NCBI GenBank assembly: GCA_016748015.1
Contig: JAAOMT010000603.1
Coordinates: forward strand, 277,008-341,007
Length of the DNA stretch: 64,000 bases
Reading direction: 5' to 3'
Origin: Geosiphon pyriformis uo1
Taxonomy: Eukaryota > Fungi > Glomeromycota
Part shown: one piece after another, positions 13,224-26,142 of the stretch
Numbering within the stretch: the stretch's first letter is position 1
How the letters are laid out: every line of letters begins with the position of its first letter
Position numbers and translations under genes: made by a program
Notes under the pieces: model-generated
What the model saw: only the letters and a program-made list of their open reading frames with translations
What the model was told of the DNA's origin: nothing
The model's database searches: none

Positions 13224-15196
13224 TTAAATATTTTTTTTACTTCTCATTTGTTCCAAGTTTTCTGTAATGGTATTCAATAGGTGTGACACATATTCTTGAT
13301 CGTTTGCATCCGGTTGATTTCCTTGGTCAACGAAAAGCGAAAAGTCCGGTCCATATTGCTCAAAATATTCATGCTCTGGTATATCGTGGGGCAGTGGTAT
13401 CTCAATCAACAAGCTGGTGACGTAGGCATTGCATCTTGCAACGTTCGCATGATTATATCCGCCTATAATTAATAAGTGGCTTAGTAAAGGAAATGCCTAA
13501 CAAGGGTGAAACAATTTCGGGGGTATTAAGTAGATCGATAGAATACCGCCTCCTAAGATCAATGTTGGTTTTTTCCAATCGACAATCCCTTTTACACATT
13601 GACCAAAGCTTTGAATATCCAAATTCCATTCACGAGACGGATCTCCAAACAAGCCTAGTAATCCAGAACAATGGATCTTATTTTCCAAGAAACTCTTCAA
13701 GAATCATTCAATGAGCAAAGAGTCTTTAGATACCATCGCATCCACATTGTACAACAATTGAATGAGGCTCGAATGCATTATATGCTGCATTCAAGATCCG
13801 CTCGGATAGGTATAGAAATGTTGATCCTTTTAAACCTTGTTTGAGTGGTACGTTAATAGCATGATATAACCCTTTGCCTTGGCCTACGTGGTTTAGTGCT
13901 CCAGTACCTTTAGTGAATTGATGAAATTAATTAAAAATAGATATGCTAAATATTTTGAAGGAATCCAAATATAACCTACCTGGATAAAAGCCTGTCGCAT
14001 AATAATGAAATGAAATTGTCATCACCTTATCGGTATATAAAAATGCGCTTTCAACGCCTGATCTAAATAAAAATTTAAGATTGTTACATAGGCCTCTTGT
14101 TCTTGACTTTGGAAGCGATCATAGGAAAATTAGGAACTTGCCGTCCGAATGATGTAAATCAAGATCAATGTAAAGGACCTTGGAGAACTTTTGTCGTAAT
14201 TCTATTATCCCAAGCACTATATCATTCACGTAGCAGAATCCGTGGCATTCAGATTTTTTCGCGTGATGTCTGATATGTATTTGTAGACGTGAGCTTAACA
14301 TGCGATCGTAACTTCAGGTCAAAGAAAGATATGATCAACGGACCTGCCACCATCCCAATGAATAGCAACGTCGAATTCTCCATTGACGAGTAAACGAGCA
14401 GCTATGATTGTGGACCCGGCAACCATACGCACATACTCCGCTAACCCCGGGAATATAGGACAATCCTTTTAAATAGGTCAAATATTCTAGTTCTATCGCA
14501 TGTGCAAGAAATATAGAGGTTTAAGTAGTTTTATTAATGAAACGCATACATATGCTAGTCCGTAATCTTCAACAAGCTCCTCAAATGTCCCCCCTTCCTC
14601 CCATTCATTATCATCGATTCCGTCCCTATCATTGGATTTAACGCGGATATCTTCCTTCTTAGTAAATTCATTGGGAGAATTCTCCACATTAAGGAGAAAA
14701 TCTTTTCATTGATCCATTATATCATTTATTAATGAACGTAATAACTGAAAAATTTGAATTAATGATTGATTTCTAAATCATACCTATAAAATCGCTTGAA
14801 TGGAATTGTGTCAAGTCTTGGAGAGTCGCATGGTAAGGTTCTATAAGACTAAAAGGTTTTATAGAAAATGAAGGTGATATCGCAAGAGATTGGCAAAATT
14901 AAAAGTTTTAGTTACATATTTAAAAGAATTATACCTTAACTTTTCAAAGAGACTGTAAGCTCGAATAAGCGAGTGGGTTAGAAAAGACTATATTGAAAAA
15001 ATAAATAAATATAAGTCTTTATTACGTATCAATAGGAAGGGTTCTACGTGAGAATATATTTTTAAGCTAAAAAATTCACTCTATTTTGATTTGAAGGTAA
15101 TAACGCTGCAACTTTAGTGTATTCGTCTGAGAATACGTAACCGACACGACGAGAACTTTTAATCTCCAAGGAGTTGGTGAGGTTTGCAGTCAACAT
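13224..15196 (-). CDS. Class I histone deacetylase, HDAC8-like, multi-exon
   Basis: [91 protein letters not shown]; ATG at 15196. Confidence 0.88.
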
Positions 15197-15458
15197 AAGA
15201 AGCAAAAAGTTTCAAATCTAATATATGTCGTGAAAGATTTGAAATTTTAATTTATTCTTCACGTGTGAGGATCAGAAAGATGGAATAACATCAAATAAAA
15301 ATATTATATCATTCCCAAATATGTTTATGATCGGTTGTGCAATACTTCACCACCTAGGTTAAAACTGTGATTGAAAGAAAAAATCGAATTATATACTATT
15401 TCTATTTTTTTGAAGGTGATATTTTCAAAAAAGAATTTGACACAAAAAGCTCATTCAA

Positions 15459-17208
15459 TCATATGACCAAATCTTCATCTGGATCCTCTTCATCGAAATC
15501 ATCTGCATCATCTGGTTCATAAAATATAGATCCACCACCACCACCACCACCACTACTGCTACTATGGTCTCCATAGCCAACGAGTGAGCCCTCAGTCTCG
15601 TATTGATCTGTATAAAAAAAATTTAAAAAATGTAACCAATAATATAAACAAAGACTATGAACAAAGAATAGTAAAATCACCTTGAACTTTTGTATATGGC
15701 AAAATCACTTGATCTTTTGCTTTTTTCTGTTTTTCAGTGAGACTCAGGTTAAAGAGTAAATTGGCAGTAGTAGGATCAGACTTTTTTGTCAAAAAGATAT
15801 AATCAATGTGAGTATATAATAAAAAAGAAAGTTACTAATATAAATTAATATATTTCAGGCTTACTGTCTTTTCCTCATTAAAATCTAAATCCTCTTTGAT
15901 TCCATTCGTTTGACTTATAACGAGGTTGGAACCCATATCATCTAACAAGTAGGTATTGGTCTAGACACGTAAGCCATGTGGTCAAAATTCCAAAAAATTT
16001 AATAAAATATAATTTTATTGAACAGTTTATATCCTTACAAACCTCATATAACACTTTCCCTGATCTCTTTTTATGCTCCATAATACAAACACCAGATATT
16101 AAAGAATTAATTTCATCAGTAATCATCTCTTCATTGAAATCATTTGCGAATCCTGGCCGATTGATCTCTCTTTGAAATCGTTCTGAATTTTTTAAAGTGA
16201 TAGTGGTGGTCGCTAAATGTGAAAGCGTATTTCTAATATTCAAAGCTGATGATGCTGTGGGAATATCTGAATGGTAGATCGCAATTAATCTACTATTTTC
16301 TACGAGAATAATGATATTAAAAGATTGAGTGAAAGTTGGGATTGATTTTTTTTTTTTGAGAGAGCATGAACATGAACATGAACATGATCTATCCTACCAG
16401 ACGTGAAAGTTGACAAATTTTTCAGTAATCGAAAAGTTGATGTTGTCGACGCGGAAAGGAGGGGTGTGAGAGAATCTATAAAGATTGTGAATCTTGGTTT
16501 TTCCACTTTTTATGAAAAAATCCAAATTAAAAGAATTCGATGAGAATCATTTGAAATCGAAAGGGATGTAATATTTTCAAAAAAAAAAAACCTCAGTCAA
16601 AAAGATGAATTACATTTTTTTACCAAATCTTTTAATTTATTTGTAATCATTTGAAAATCGTCAAGTCTCTTGATGAATTGACTTTTGGAATTTATTGTTA
16701 ATGTTCCTTGACTGTGATTACTATCACTATCACTACAACTGAAACTCTCATCAATTTCATAAGGATGCGAATAAGTATACCCATCCAATACGAATACGCT
16801 ATTACAATGAATAGAAGATGTTGTTATAAATGTTTAACCAAAAATGCATTTTTGAAAAAAGAATTAGATTTTGATAAAATCAATATGCCTTTCTTTTCCG
16901 TGTAATAAATCCTGTAAGAAATAATTTGGGGAATATTCAGTAGAAAAAAGAATAATTGAATGATCCCTAATCATCGAGTTTAAAGATTAAAAAAAAATAC
17001 TTTTGTGTTTTTAATATGTAGAAAATGATTAATATTATACTTGATCTGGTATAAAAAATAAAAAATGAAATGCTCACTCGATCATCTTTGCCGATTTGAT
17101 GAATTCTTTTAATAGTGTCAAACCAGACTGTATAATTGTGTCTTCGATAATGATAAAAGGTGAATTTTCTTTCAAGTGAAGCAAACGATTTAGAAGTGGG
17201 GAGTTCAT
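15459..17208 (-). CDS. ELP5: Elongator complex protein 5 (Iki1/Elp5), multi-exon
   Basis: N-terminus MNSPLLNRLLHLKENSPFIIIED, FIDSLTPL, EHKKRSGK, DPTANLLFNLSLTEKQ..AKDQVILPY, C-terminus IFYEPDDADDFDEEDPDEDL. Confidence 0.85.
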
Positions 17209-17558
17209 GATTTTTGAATTTCCCATCATTCAAAAAATTGATGCCAGAATGGGAAATTTATTAAGAACCGCGTTTTTATACTGTTTGATTCAATTTTCAT
17301 TTTTTTTCGTGATTCACTTTCAATTGTGATTGGTAAATGTGATCCCAAAGTCAATCTAGAGTTGCAACTCGAGACAGATTAGAATTCGATTTTAATGTTC
17401 ACGTGGTGTGTTCAAATATTTCGTTTCGAGATTTGGAAATTCAAAATTCCGAAACTGATCTTTTTTTAATATTGCATGAGAACCTGATTACTTATTTTCC
17501 TTTTCTAGATATTCAGTATTCAATGATTGTTTGAATTGGATAAATTCACATCCGAAAT

Positions 17559-19820
17559 TTAAGTCTGACCAAAGTGACGCCACTCTGTAGTCATTTCTTG
17601 TAATTGGTTTTTATCAATTCTAGAAAATTGCTCGAAATTAATATTCATATTCGCAACATCAATCCCACCAACGCCAGGTCCTCCTACTGAGGTCTCAAAA
17701 CATTCAAAGCCTATGGCGGTCAAGTCGTTTTTTACAAGGTCTATCACGTTTTGAGGAACGTCTTCAAAATAAATCAAATCATTGATAATGGATACTGGTT
17801 CAAAAAATCATAATTTCAAATTTGAAAAAGATGTAATGAAAATCATATTGATATATACCGTCACGTAACAAGATAATTGCACACCCGCCACCTCCAGCTC
17901 CCGTGAGTTTAGAGTGCAGACCATATTTTGCGCTAATATCACGTACTTTATCAAGTGCTAGGTGCCCAACACCCAAAGAAGTAATCAGGTAATGATTTAG
18001 ATCGATTAATTCCTAAATGAATCCAAGACGAAGTTGATAATGGGTGGAAAATAATGAACCTATTTTGTCTTATAAAAGGTCGCGTATGAACATAATTGAC
18101 AAACCAAGATTACCTCAAGATCTTCAAATAGGCTCGAGCTCTTGACATCTTTAAAGAAATTGCGTTTGAATGAATTATGATAAGAAAAATGGCTATCCGA
18201 TAATTTGATAATTTCATACCAATAGATTTCAGAATATCTTTTAATGACATGCTGACTCCCTCAATTGCATCCAAGATCGGGTTAACAATATGTGGGTACT
18301 TTTGAAAAAGAATATAATGAGCAAGATGGTTGGTAATGATAAACACTTAATCATATGAGCATTTAAACTCACCTTGTCGCGTTTGAGCCGAACATTAGCA
18401 ACTTGAGTTCGCGTATCACGGGGAACTTTTGTATTGATAAGGAGAAAACGAATAGATTGAAATCTATCAATTAATTTCCCGTAAATGTACATTAGTGTGC
18501 TTTTTAGAAAACATTAAAATTAGTTGCATAAATTATTCATTTACAGACCGTAAAATAAAATAATCAGCTATAATCATTATTTAATGAGAAGATGAATCAT
18601 TGCGCTTACCCTTTCAAGTTTTCCATTACTCCTTTTGTAAATTGTACCGCTCCTCCTGAACGATAAAAATATTCTTATGATTGGGAAATCGGGGAATAAA
18701 TGTGTAGAATATAATTTAAGGCGAATTACCAAAAGTAGCAACCGTATTATCAATTCCTGAAGGAGTTCCATGGATCACTTTCTCGGCTTGGAAGGCCCAA
18801 CGATTGATCAACTCTCGGGCATGTGATGGAAAAGATGATGATAAAAGTGTGTCGATATTCTCAGAATTATCATCAGCATGATCAACTTTGATATAGCCGA
18901 GTAATAATAACAATCCTGTGGCTAAACACACCGAATAAGAGGCTGAAGAACCAAGACCAGCTCCAACAGGAATCAAGGATCGTACATTAATTCTCAAACC
19001 ATGTCTATAGAATAAGAAATAGGTTAACCTTGGTCATTAAACCTATCAAGAAACTTGACAGTTGGAATAAATCGATAAATTAAATCATAAGGGATCGGGA
19101 ATTGAAAAACCAAACTCTGAAAGAATCACCATACTGTTCTTGAAGATGTAATGATTGGGCCGCAATTAGCATTGTATACAAATACAGGAAAGCGGTAGCC
19201 GCTATTTCTTGTTGTTGAATTTGGACCGGGGTTAGCGATGCTTTTTGTGTGATAGCATATTCATTAATCTTGGTGATGGCAAGCGATTTTACTTTTTCAT
19301 AAACGAGTTGATTGAAGAGTTCTACCAAGATTCATTTGTAAGAATCACTATAATCATTGAAAAAGATAAAATTCGAACTTTTTCATAAATATGATCCAAA
19401 CCTTTATCACAATCTTGCTGTTTTAAAAGCTCATATGGAAGCATGGATGTTTTCCAAGTTAACGACTTGTCCGACGTAGACCCAAGATCGGGCACATAAA
19501 GTTCTACCACATTATCCTCACGTGATTCTAACAATAAATAAGAACGAAGACTAACGCTACCAGCTATTGCAGTCTAAATAACAAAGAAAGCCACCAGGTC
19601 GAGAATAAACTTATTTTGTGTTTTCGCAAAGTTGATAAGCAAGTTTCCCCTCCTTCTAAGGAACCTTCTATACATTTCAAAAGAAAAACCAAAAACATCA
19701 AAAGAACATTTAAACCCAAACCTTGCCATAAACCACCGCGTGCTCCCCAAATAAAATAACTTTTCCTGGAGCAGATACAAGGAACTTTTTTTGTTTGTTT
19801 TTTGTGGAAAGTGATGACAT
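17559..19820 (-). CDS. ERG12: Mevalonate kinase, multi-exon
   Basis: VSAPGKVILFGEHAVVYG, PVGAGLGSSA (GHMP), EKVIHGTPSGIDN, LGVGH, KLTGAGGGGC. Confidence 0.95.
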
Positions 19821-20196
19821 ATGTTCTTGCGACATGATAATGTTTGACCTTTCACGAAAACGAAGGATTGGATATCAAATGATGGAAATTTTTAAATGAA
19901 CGATTATTTTGAGCACACAAATCACTCGTGTAGCCATTCGGATCAATATATATTTTTCCTTTGGTATTAATGAATTTGTATGTTTGTAAAGAAATTCCAA
20001 TGAATCTCCCGAAAAGTCGAAATTAAATTATATCGAAAGAAAATTTCAAAAAAGGGCTTGTTTTCTCTTGGAATTAGTTAAGGATAATCGTGATCGAGAA
20101 ATAATATTAAGGTAAAAAAAACTACGATAAAATATTTCTACCCTGAAAACACTACTTTACAAAATTACATATTATTACAGTTTAGAATACAAGATG

Positions 20197-22025
20197 TTAA
20201 ATAATGAACGCACTAAAAACGGAAGCGAGTAAAGCGACCGCGATTGAGGCGAATAAAGTAGTGGTTGAAGCGATAGTGACATCACCAGCAGATTTTGGGG
20301 ACTGCCCGGTATTAGAATCATTTTTACCATCAGAATCATTTTTACCATTAGAGTCATTTTCAACATCAACAGCAGTTGGACAACTGATGGCACGATCCTA
20401 TTGGTTTAATTAAATGATATGAATTAATTTTAAATAGGTAATCACAGAAGGGAATCACACTGATTTGCCAGAAGTCATCATTACCACTAAGGGACCATTT
20501 GAATCAGTACAATTTCGAGCACTAGTGATTTTCTTGATTTCACCAATTGCAACATTTCTCAACCAAATTCTTTGATACGAGGAAGTCGGCAATTGAGAAT
20601 TCACCGCGTTCATCACATCCTCCAATAGAGCGTCTCCCATTGGAACCGCCGATTCGAACCAATCACGGCCATCAGTCGGATTTACCAGACCATCTTCGCG
20701 AAAGATTTTCTTTTTCTTGATGAATTTGTAAGCGCTATTATCGGCCGTAGGAGATAGACCAAAGTTGGTAAGGACTTCCTCGAGGTTGCTGGCGATATAG
20801 GTTTCATCGATCAAGATGTCAACGTTTGAAATCGCTTTTAGAAATGATTCACTGGTACTATATTGAAGCGGTGTAGTGTTGAAATAAGTAGCACCAGCGT
20901 CTTCGGTCAATTTTTTTTTATAAACAGAATCAGTGATTGTCCACGACGGAGTATTATTATTATACTGGCTAGGGGCAAGATAAGCGACCCAGACGACAAC
21001 CAGTTTAGTTGAGGGTGCTTTACTATTGGCCAATTTTTTAAGACAGTCATAGTTATCTTTGATCTGGGACACTAATTTTTGGGCGCGATCTTCAAGATCG
21101 AAAAACGCTCCATAGAATTCTAACCAATCAACACGATTCAAAGTTCCCGGGTCACTGACAGCGGATGTGCTTACTGAATTCGCTGTTTTATTATCAGCAG
21201 TGTAGGCGCCAATCGCCAGATCAACTTTTTTCAAGGATTCAGCCCTTTGAGTAAAATTGTTAGAGAGTGTGGTGATGTTGGAACCTTTCAGGAGTTGAAT
21301 ACAAGCAGAGGAGATATCGGCCGAGGAGTCCAGCAAGGTAATAGAGGATCGGAGACCTAACATCTAATTACAAAAAAATAGTTTGGAGTTGATATTTCAT
21401 CATTATCATAGAAAATATCTCGGAGAAGAAACCTTACCTCCAAATAACTGTTACTAGTAGTATCCAAAACAGCGACACTTTTTACCGGTACCGAGAACAA
21501 TTTTGTGCCTACGGGAAGAACAGCAGCGGACGGAGGAGGCGTCCCACATTGGTAAAGAGCAAACGTTTCTTTGGTATAATTGTTTGTCAACAGTTTATAA
21601 TTCTTAAAATATTGGATGCTAAACAGAGTAGCATCCTTAGCTAAAAATCACGATATGATATCAAATTGAATTGAGTAATATATCAATTAGGGGGAAGTCT
21701 CAATAAGACTTTAATTAAACTAAGCTAAGCTAAACTCACGGGAAATCTTGGTTGGGAAATAATCGGTATTTGTATCAAATGCGGTAGCACAATCTTGTGA
21801 AGTCCCAGAAGATGCAGTGGCAGCGTAAGCCCCTCCAGCATGACCATTCAGGAGCGAAGGCGCCAGCAAGGTCACGAGGAAGAAGACACAAATGAAACGG
21901 AGATAGTAACTTCGGTAGACCGACATTCCATAGAAGCTCACCGGAAAAGTAAATCTTGGTTGATTTCTTGGTCCAAGAGAATCGTCTTTTGGGGATAGGC
22001 GAAGATTACTTTGGGTTGGAGACAT
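20197..22025 (-). CDS. Secreted, probably GPI-anchored periplasmic-binding-protein-fold protein (CBA1/BtuF-like; ligand unproven), 4 exons
   Basis: Hydrophobic signal (FICVFFLVTLLAPSLL; alternative start 21926); TDYFP.K, Y..NYK, LYQCGTP, YLE.LG, DPGTLNRVDWLEFYGAFFDLE, DAGA, DILIDET, DWFESAV..D.LLED; Ser/Asp linker then hydrophobic C-tail (LFASIAVALLASVFSAFII*). Confidence 0.7.
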
Positions 22026-22769
22026 TTTTGATGATATTTTATTGGTTTTTTTTTTAATCAAGTTAAATTGGCGGGAAGTAAAAAAGAGTAAAATAGTAAA
22101 ACAATGAAGGAAATAAAGAGCAGTGAGAATTACAACTTGAAACTGGGTAAAAAGACTCAAATGCAATATATGATTAAAAATGTTGAATAGTAAAATAGTG
22201 TGAAAATCAAGAAAATCCTATTCCTAAGAAGGAACTTGTTTTAAAAAGAAAACCACCAAAAGACGATCGTTATAAATAATAAAAGTGAAGTTTAACAGTA
22301 TTGTAAACTATATGAGCTAACTTATATCAAACCTGTGAAAAAAACGTTGGGTCGTCGCGTAAAAGTTGGGAATGATAAGAACGTAGGAAGTTGGTTCTGT
22401 ATAGTTTGTGGGCTTCCTTACTACCAACTTCTATTCCCTAACCACTGACGACTGAAATTGAATAAACTTTTTATATACAAAGTTTCTTGAGCAAAAAACT
22501 TTGTGTGAAGAAAGGCGCATTTTGTCCATATATCGTGTCATGCAAGTCTCGGGGGTTCAATTTTTTTTTAGGAAATTATCGAGTACAATGCGTGTGAAAT
22601 ACTATAACTGATTGATATTCCCAAAAAACTTTAAAAGCTCACCACCTGACTGAATTTAAAATAAATGTTTCTCGACGATCATAGGTTAAATTTAAAAGGG
22701 ATTTTTAATTTGTTTTTTTTTTTCTGACTACTATGTACTATTCGATAAATTAAATACTATAAAATAAAT

Positions 22770-22770
22770 A

Positions 22771-22816
<46 letters not shown>

Positions 22817-22834
22817 GTTATTATTGTTATTATT
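22770..22834. repeat. (TAT)n microsatellite
   Basis: Direct reading. Confidence 0.9.
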
Positions 22835-23228
22835 AAAAGAAATAAATATTCCCTAGCAAATATTTTTGATTGCTCTTTGTAATATATTTGTTAACAATGA
22901 TACTTTTTTTTGGAGGGGTATATTAATACAGGAAAGAAAAAGTTATCATAAAAAAGTCTTTTAGTTATAAACAATTTTTTCAAATTGAAAAACTGAAATG
23001 AAGTTAATCTAAACTTCTTTTGTTAAAAAGATTGGAAATGATCTCTGTAACATAGTATATAGTCTATCATCGTAGCACTTGATGCTGTGAAGTATTTAAT
23101 ATTTATCATTACTATTTTTGGGTAATAACAAGATTCCCTCTTCAAAATGATCTCACCAGAGTTATATACTTTGAGATATATTCATAATTACATTTATTTC
23201 ATTTTATCATACTCATTAAATCAAACTA

Positions 23229-23469
23229 ATGAACTCGTCATCTAAATTTTTATTTAGAGCATTCCTATTATCACACCATTCAATTCAAACTTTAAGATTT
23301 GAAAATGATTTTTTCAAATATAAAGTAGGAATCTTTTCGAGCCTTGGAAAAAATAATTTTTTCTTCAAAGTGAAATCACGATCATTCTTTTCACCAATAA
23401 GGATCATGTATATACAGGAAAATCAAAAAACTGAGGTTTTAAACGATAGTAGTTTGGAACTCATCAGCG

Positions 23470-23529
<60 letters not shown>

Positions 23530-24407
23530 TTGATAATATTGATAATATTGAAAAGACCCATCTGCTTCCATATCAATTTACACTGTTGCTTGTCGATACA
23601 AGAAAAGTAAGTTTTACAAAAACTCTTCTTCTCATAATAGGATAATTTTTGCTCATTTTTTTCATTAACAAAACAAAATAGTCTCTGGTAAAAGCATGGG
23701 AATACGAAATCTCCAAACTTTCACTAAAAGTTCAACCGAACTCTACAATTCCTTCGTTGAAAGTAAAAACACATCTCTCCACTTTTCAAAATCTTTTAAA
23801 GACTGTTTCCGCTGAATGTATCGTTTCCCCAGCTAACAGTTTCGGTCTAATGGATGGTGGCATCGATTATTACATCTCTGAATATTATGGCGGAGTTAAC
23901 CAACTCATTCCTCTTGTACAACGTAATATTGAAGAAGAATGGTGCGGTGAACAAAATGTTGGTACTTGTTTGTTGATTGATGTTAAATCCTTGGCAGAAA
24001 ACATCAAATCATCAGCTGATGAAGGGACTATTAATATACCGAGATATATTGCACACTCTCCGACCATGAGAACTCCAAAAAGTTTACATTCAGATGATGA
24101 TATCGTCTATCGATGTATGTGGGCTGTATTGACCACCATTCGTAAACATAATGCGAATCTAAAGAAAAATGAGGAAAGGATTAATAAGGTGATTTGTGCT
24201 GGTTTTGGGACCGGAGTTGGTCAGTTCCCTGAGGAAGCATGCGCTAAACAGATGGCTTTAGCAGTGAAAAATTTTGTAGAAAGCTCAGCTAATAATTCGA
24301 TAATTTCTAAAGAACAAGAAGTAGTGAGTAGTAATTTTTTGGTAAATTGGTCATATGCTGGTGAAATAGAGTCTCGTATCCAAATTTTGCTTAATAATAA
24401 ATATTAA
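23229..24407 (+). CDS. Macrodomain (ADP-ribose binding/hydrolase) protein with poly-Asn tract; one intron 23607-23681
   Basis: IVSPANSFGLMDGGID, AHSPTMRTP, CAGFGTGVG motifs; the GT..AG intron joins the two ORFs in frame. Confidence 0.85.
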
Positions 24408-24891
24408 AATGAAGAAAGTAATATATAAAGAGTAAATTTTTTGATGTTCCCATTATTTTTAAAAATATTGATTAAATAACTTAATAAAATTATTAAATAT
24501 TAAATTACATAAAAAATAGGACTTTATATTTTTATAGACTAAATTGGAAAAAATTAATCTTTTTTAATATTGAAAAATAACTCATGCGTTACAGTATAAC
24601 GTGGTTTCTTTTTTCAATATTGGTATTATATTGTAAATTTAAAAACTACAATATTATATTAGATAATATCAAATTTTTTTTTATATAAGCCATTTTAAAT
24701 TTCATAAACTAAAAAATATTCACCAAAAAAATTATCACCTGAATACCGATAAATTTTATCTTGAAATCTCAAAAATAAAAATCCTATTTTGAATCTCGGT
24801 CCCATCTTTCCCAAACTCTGGAATTATTAACTTATAATTTTTCACGTCTATCTCACACCATCTAATTAAAATAATTAATTATTCTATTATC

Positions 24892-26015
24892 ATGACCACT
24901 TCCGCGCTTCGTGAAGACCGTAGAGTTGCTAACGAGCTTCGTGCCATGAAAATAGCTCAAAATGTGATAAAACGTGTTGATGGTTCGGGTGAATTCTGTT
25001 TCGGTAGGTTATAGGTTTCTCTCTATTGCTTTGATAATTATTTTCACCGGATTTAAAGGTATATTAACTGATATGATTTTTCTTTTAATATACCCATCTA
25101 TAGGTTTTTCCTCTGTCATTTGTTCGATATATGGACCAGCCGAAGTGAAAATACGTGATGAAAAATTGGATAAAGCCACCATTGATGTTATTTATAGACC
25201 ATTGATTGGTGTCTCGGGTAATTTTCACGCTTCTCAAATAGAAATTGTCCATTATCTTCTTTTTATCAAAATCCATTCACTCATAATTCTTATTTTCCAA
25301 TCTTAAATTGATTGCTAAAAGGGACAAAGGAAAAAACAAATGAATTTAACCTAAGAACGACGTTCGAAACTATTATTTTGTCTGGCCTTCATCCACGAAC
25401 TCAAATTCAGATTGTTGTACAGATCAAACATGATGATGGAAGCGTATCCTATTTCTATAGTTTCACAATACAAATCTTTTTAATAATTATAATTACTAAT
25501 ATTAGGAAATGAATTAACTTTTGAATTAACATAGACTTTATCCGCAGCTATAAATGCCGCTAGTGTCGCTTTAATCCACGCTGGAATTCCTATGAAGGCA
25601 ATTGTGGTGGCTATCACGTGTATTGTCAACAAAGAAAAGAAAATATATTTGGATCCTACCGCTAAAGAAATGGAGGTGGGTTTTTCTTTAACTCAATTCA
25701 CTTTCTAAATTTAATCAATTCTTTCCATTATATATAGAAAGCTATATCTATACATACTTTCGCCTATGAAACACTTGATTTTAACGTAGCTTTCTGTGAA
25801 TCCAGCGGATTGTTTACGGAACAAGAGGTATGCGCACATTTTAAAATATCACTGGTTTTCGTATTTACCATTTACCTTCCTTTAAATTATAGTATTTTGA
25901 GTGCTACGAAATATGCAAGTCCGCAGCGCGTGAGATATATAACTCCATACGCGAAGCTATCGCGATCAAATTACAAAAAGAATTTCGACGCCAAGAGGAT
26001 ACTACCATATTATAA
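24892..26015 (+). CDS. RRP46: Exosome core subunit Rrp46 (EXOSC5), multi-exon
   Basis: REDRRVANELR, RVDGSGEF, VICSIYGPAEVK.RDE, HPRTQIQIVVQ..HDDGS, AAINAAS.ALI.AGIPM, LDPT..E. Confidence 0.9.
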
Positions 26016-26142
26016 TAGATGAATGTTATTTAAACCAAACGCTGCTTGAAATACTACTTCTTTAGAGGCAATGTAATAAGTATTGCATCAAGAGTAAGGG
26101 TCTGTTTGGTTATGATCAAAATATCCAATTGAAGGTTCTTCT

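Noticed and set aside
8756-19820. Biosynthetic gene cluster (ARO2, ERG12, GPI14)
   Set aside because: Unrelated primary-metabolism genes interspersed with housekeeping genes; no backbone synthase or tailoring enzymes
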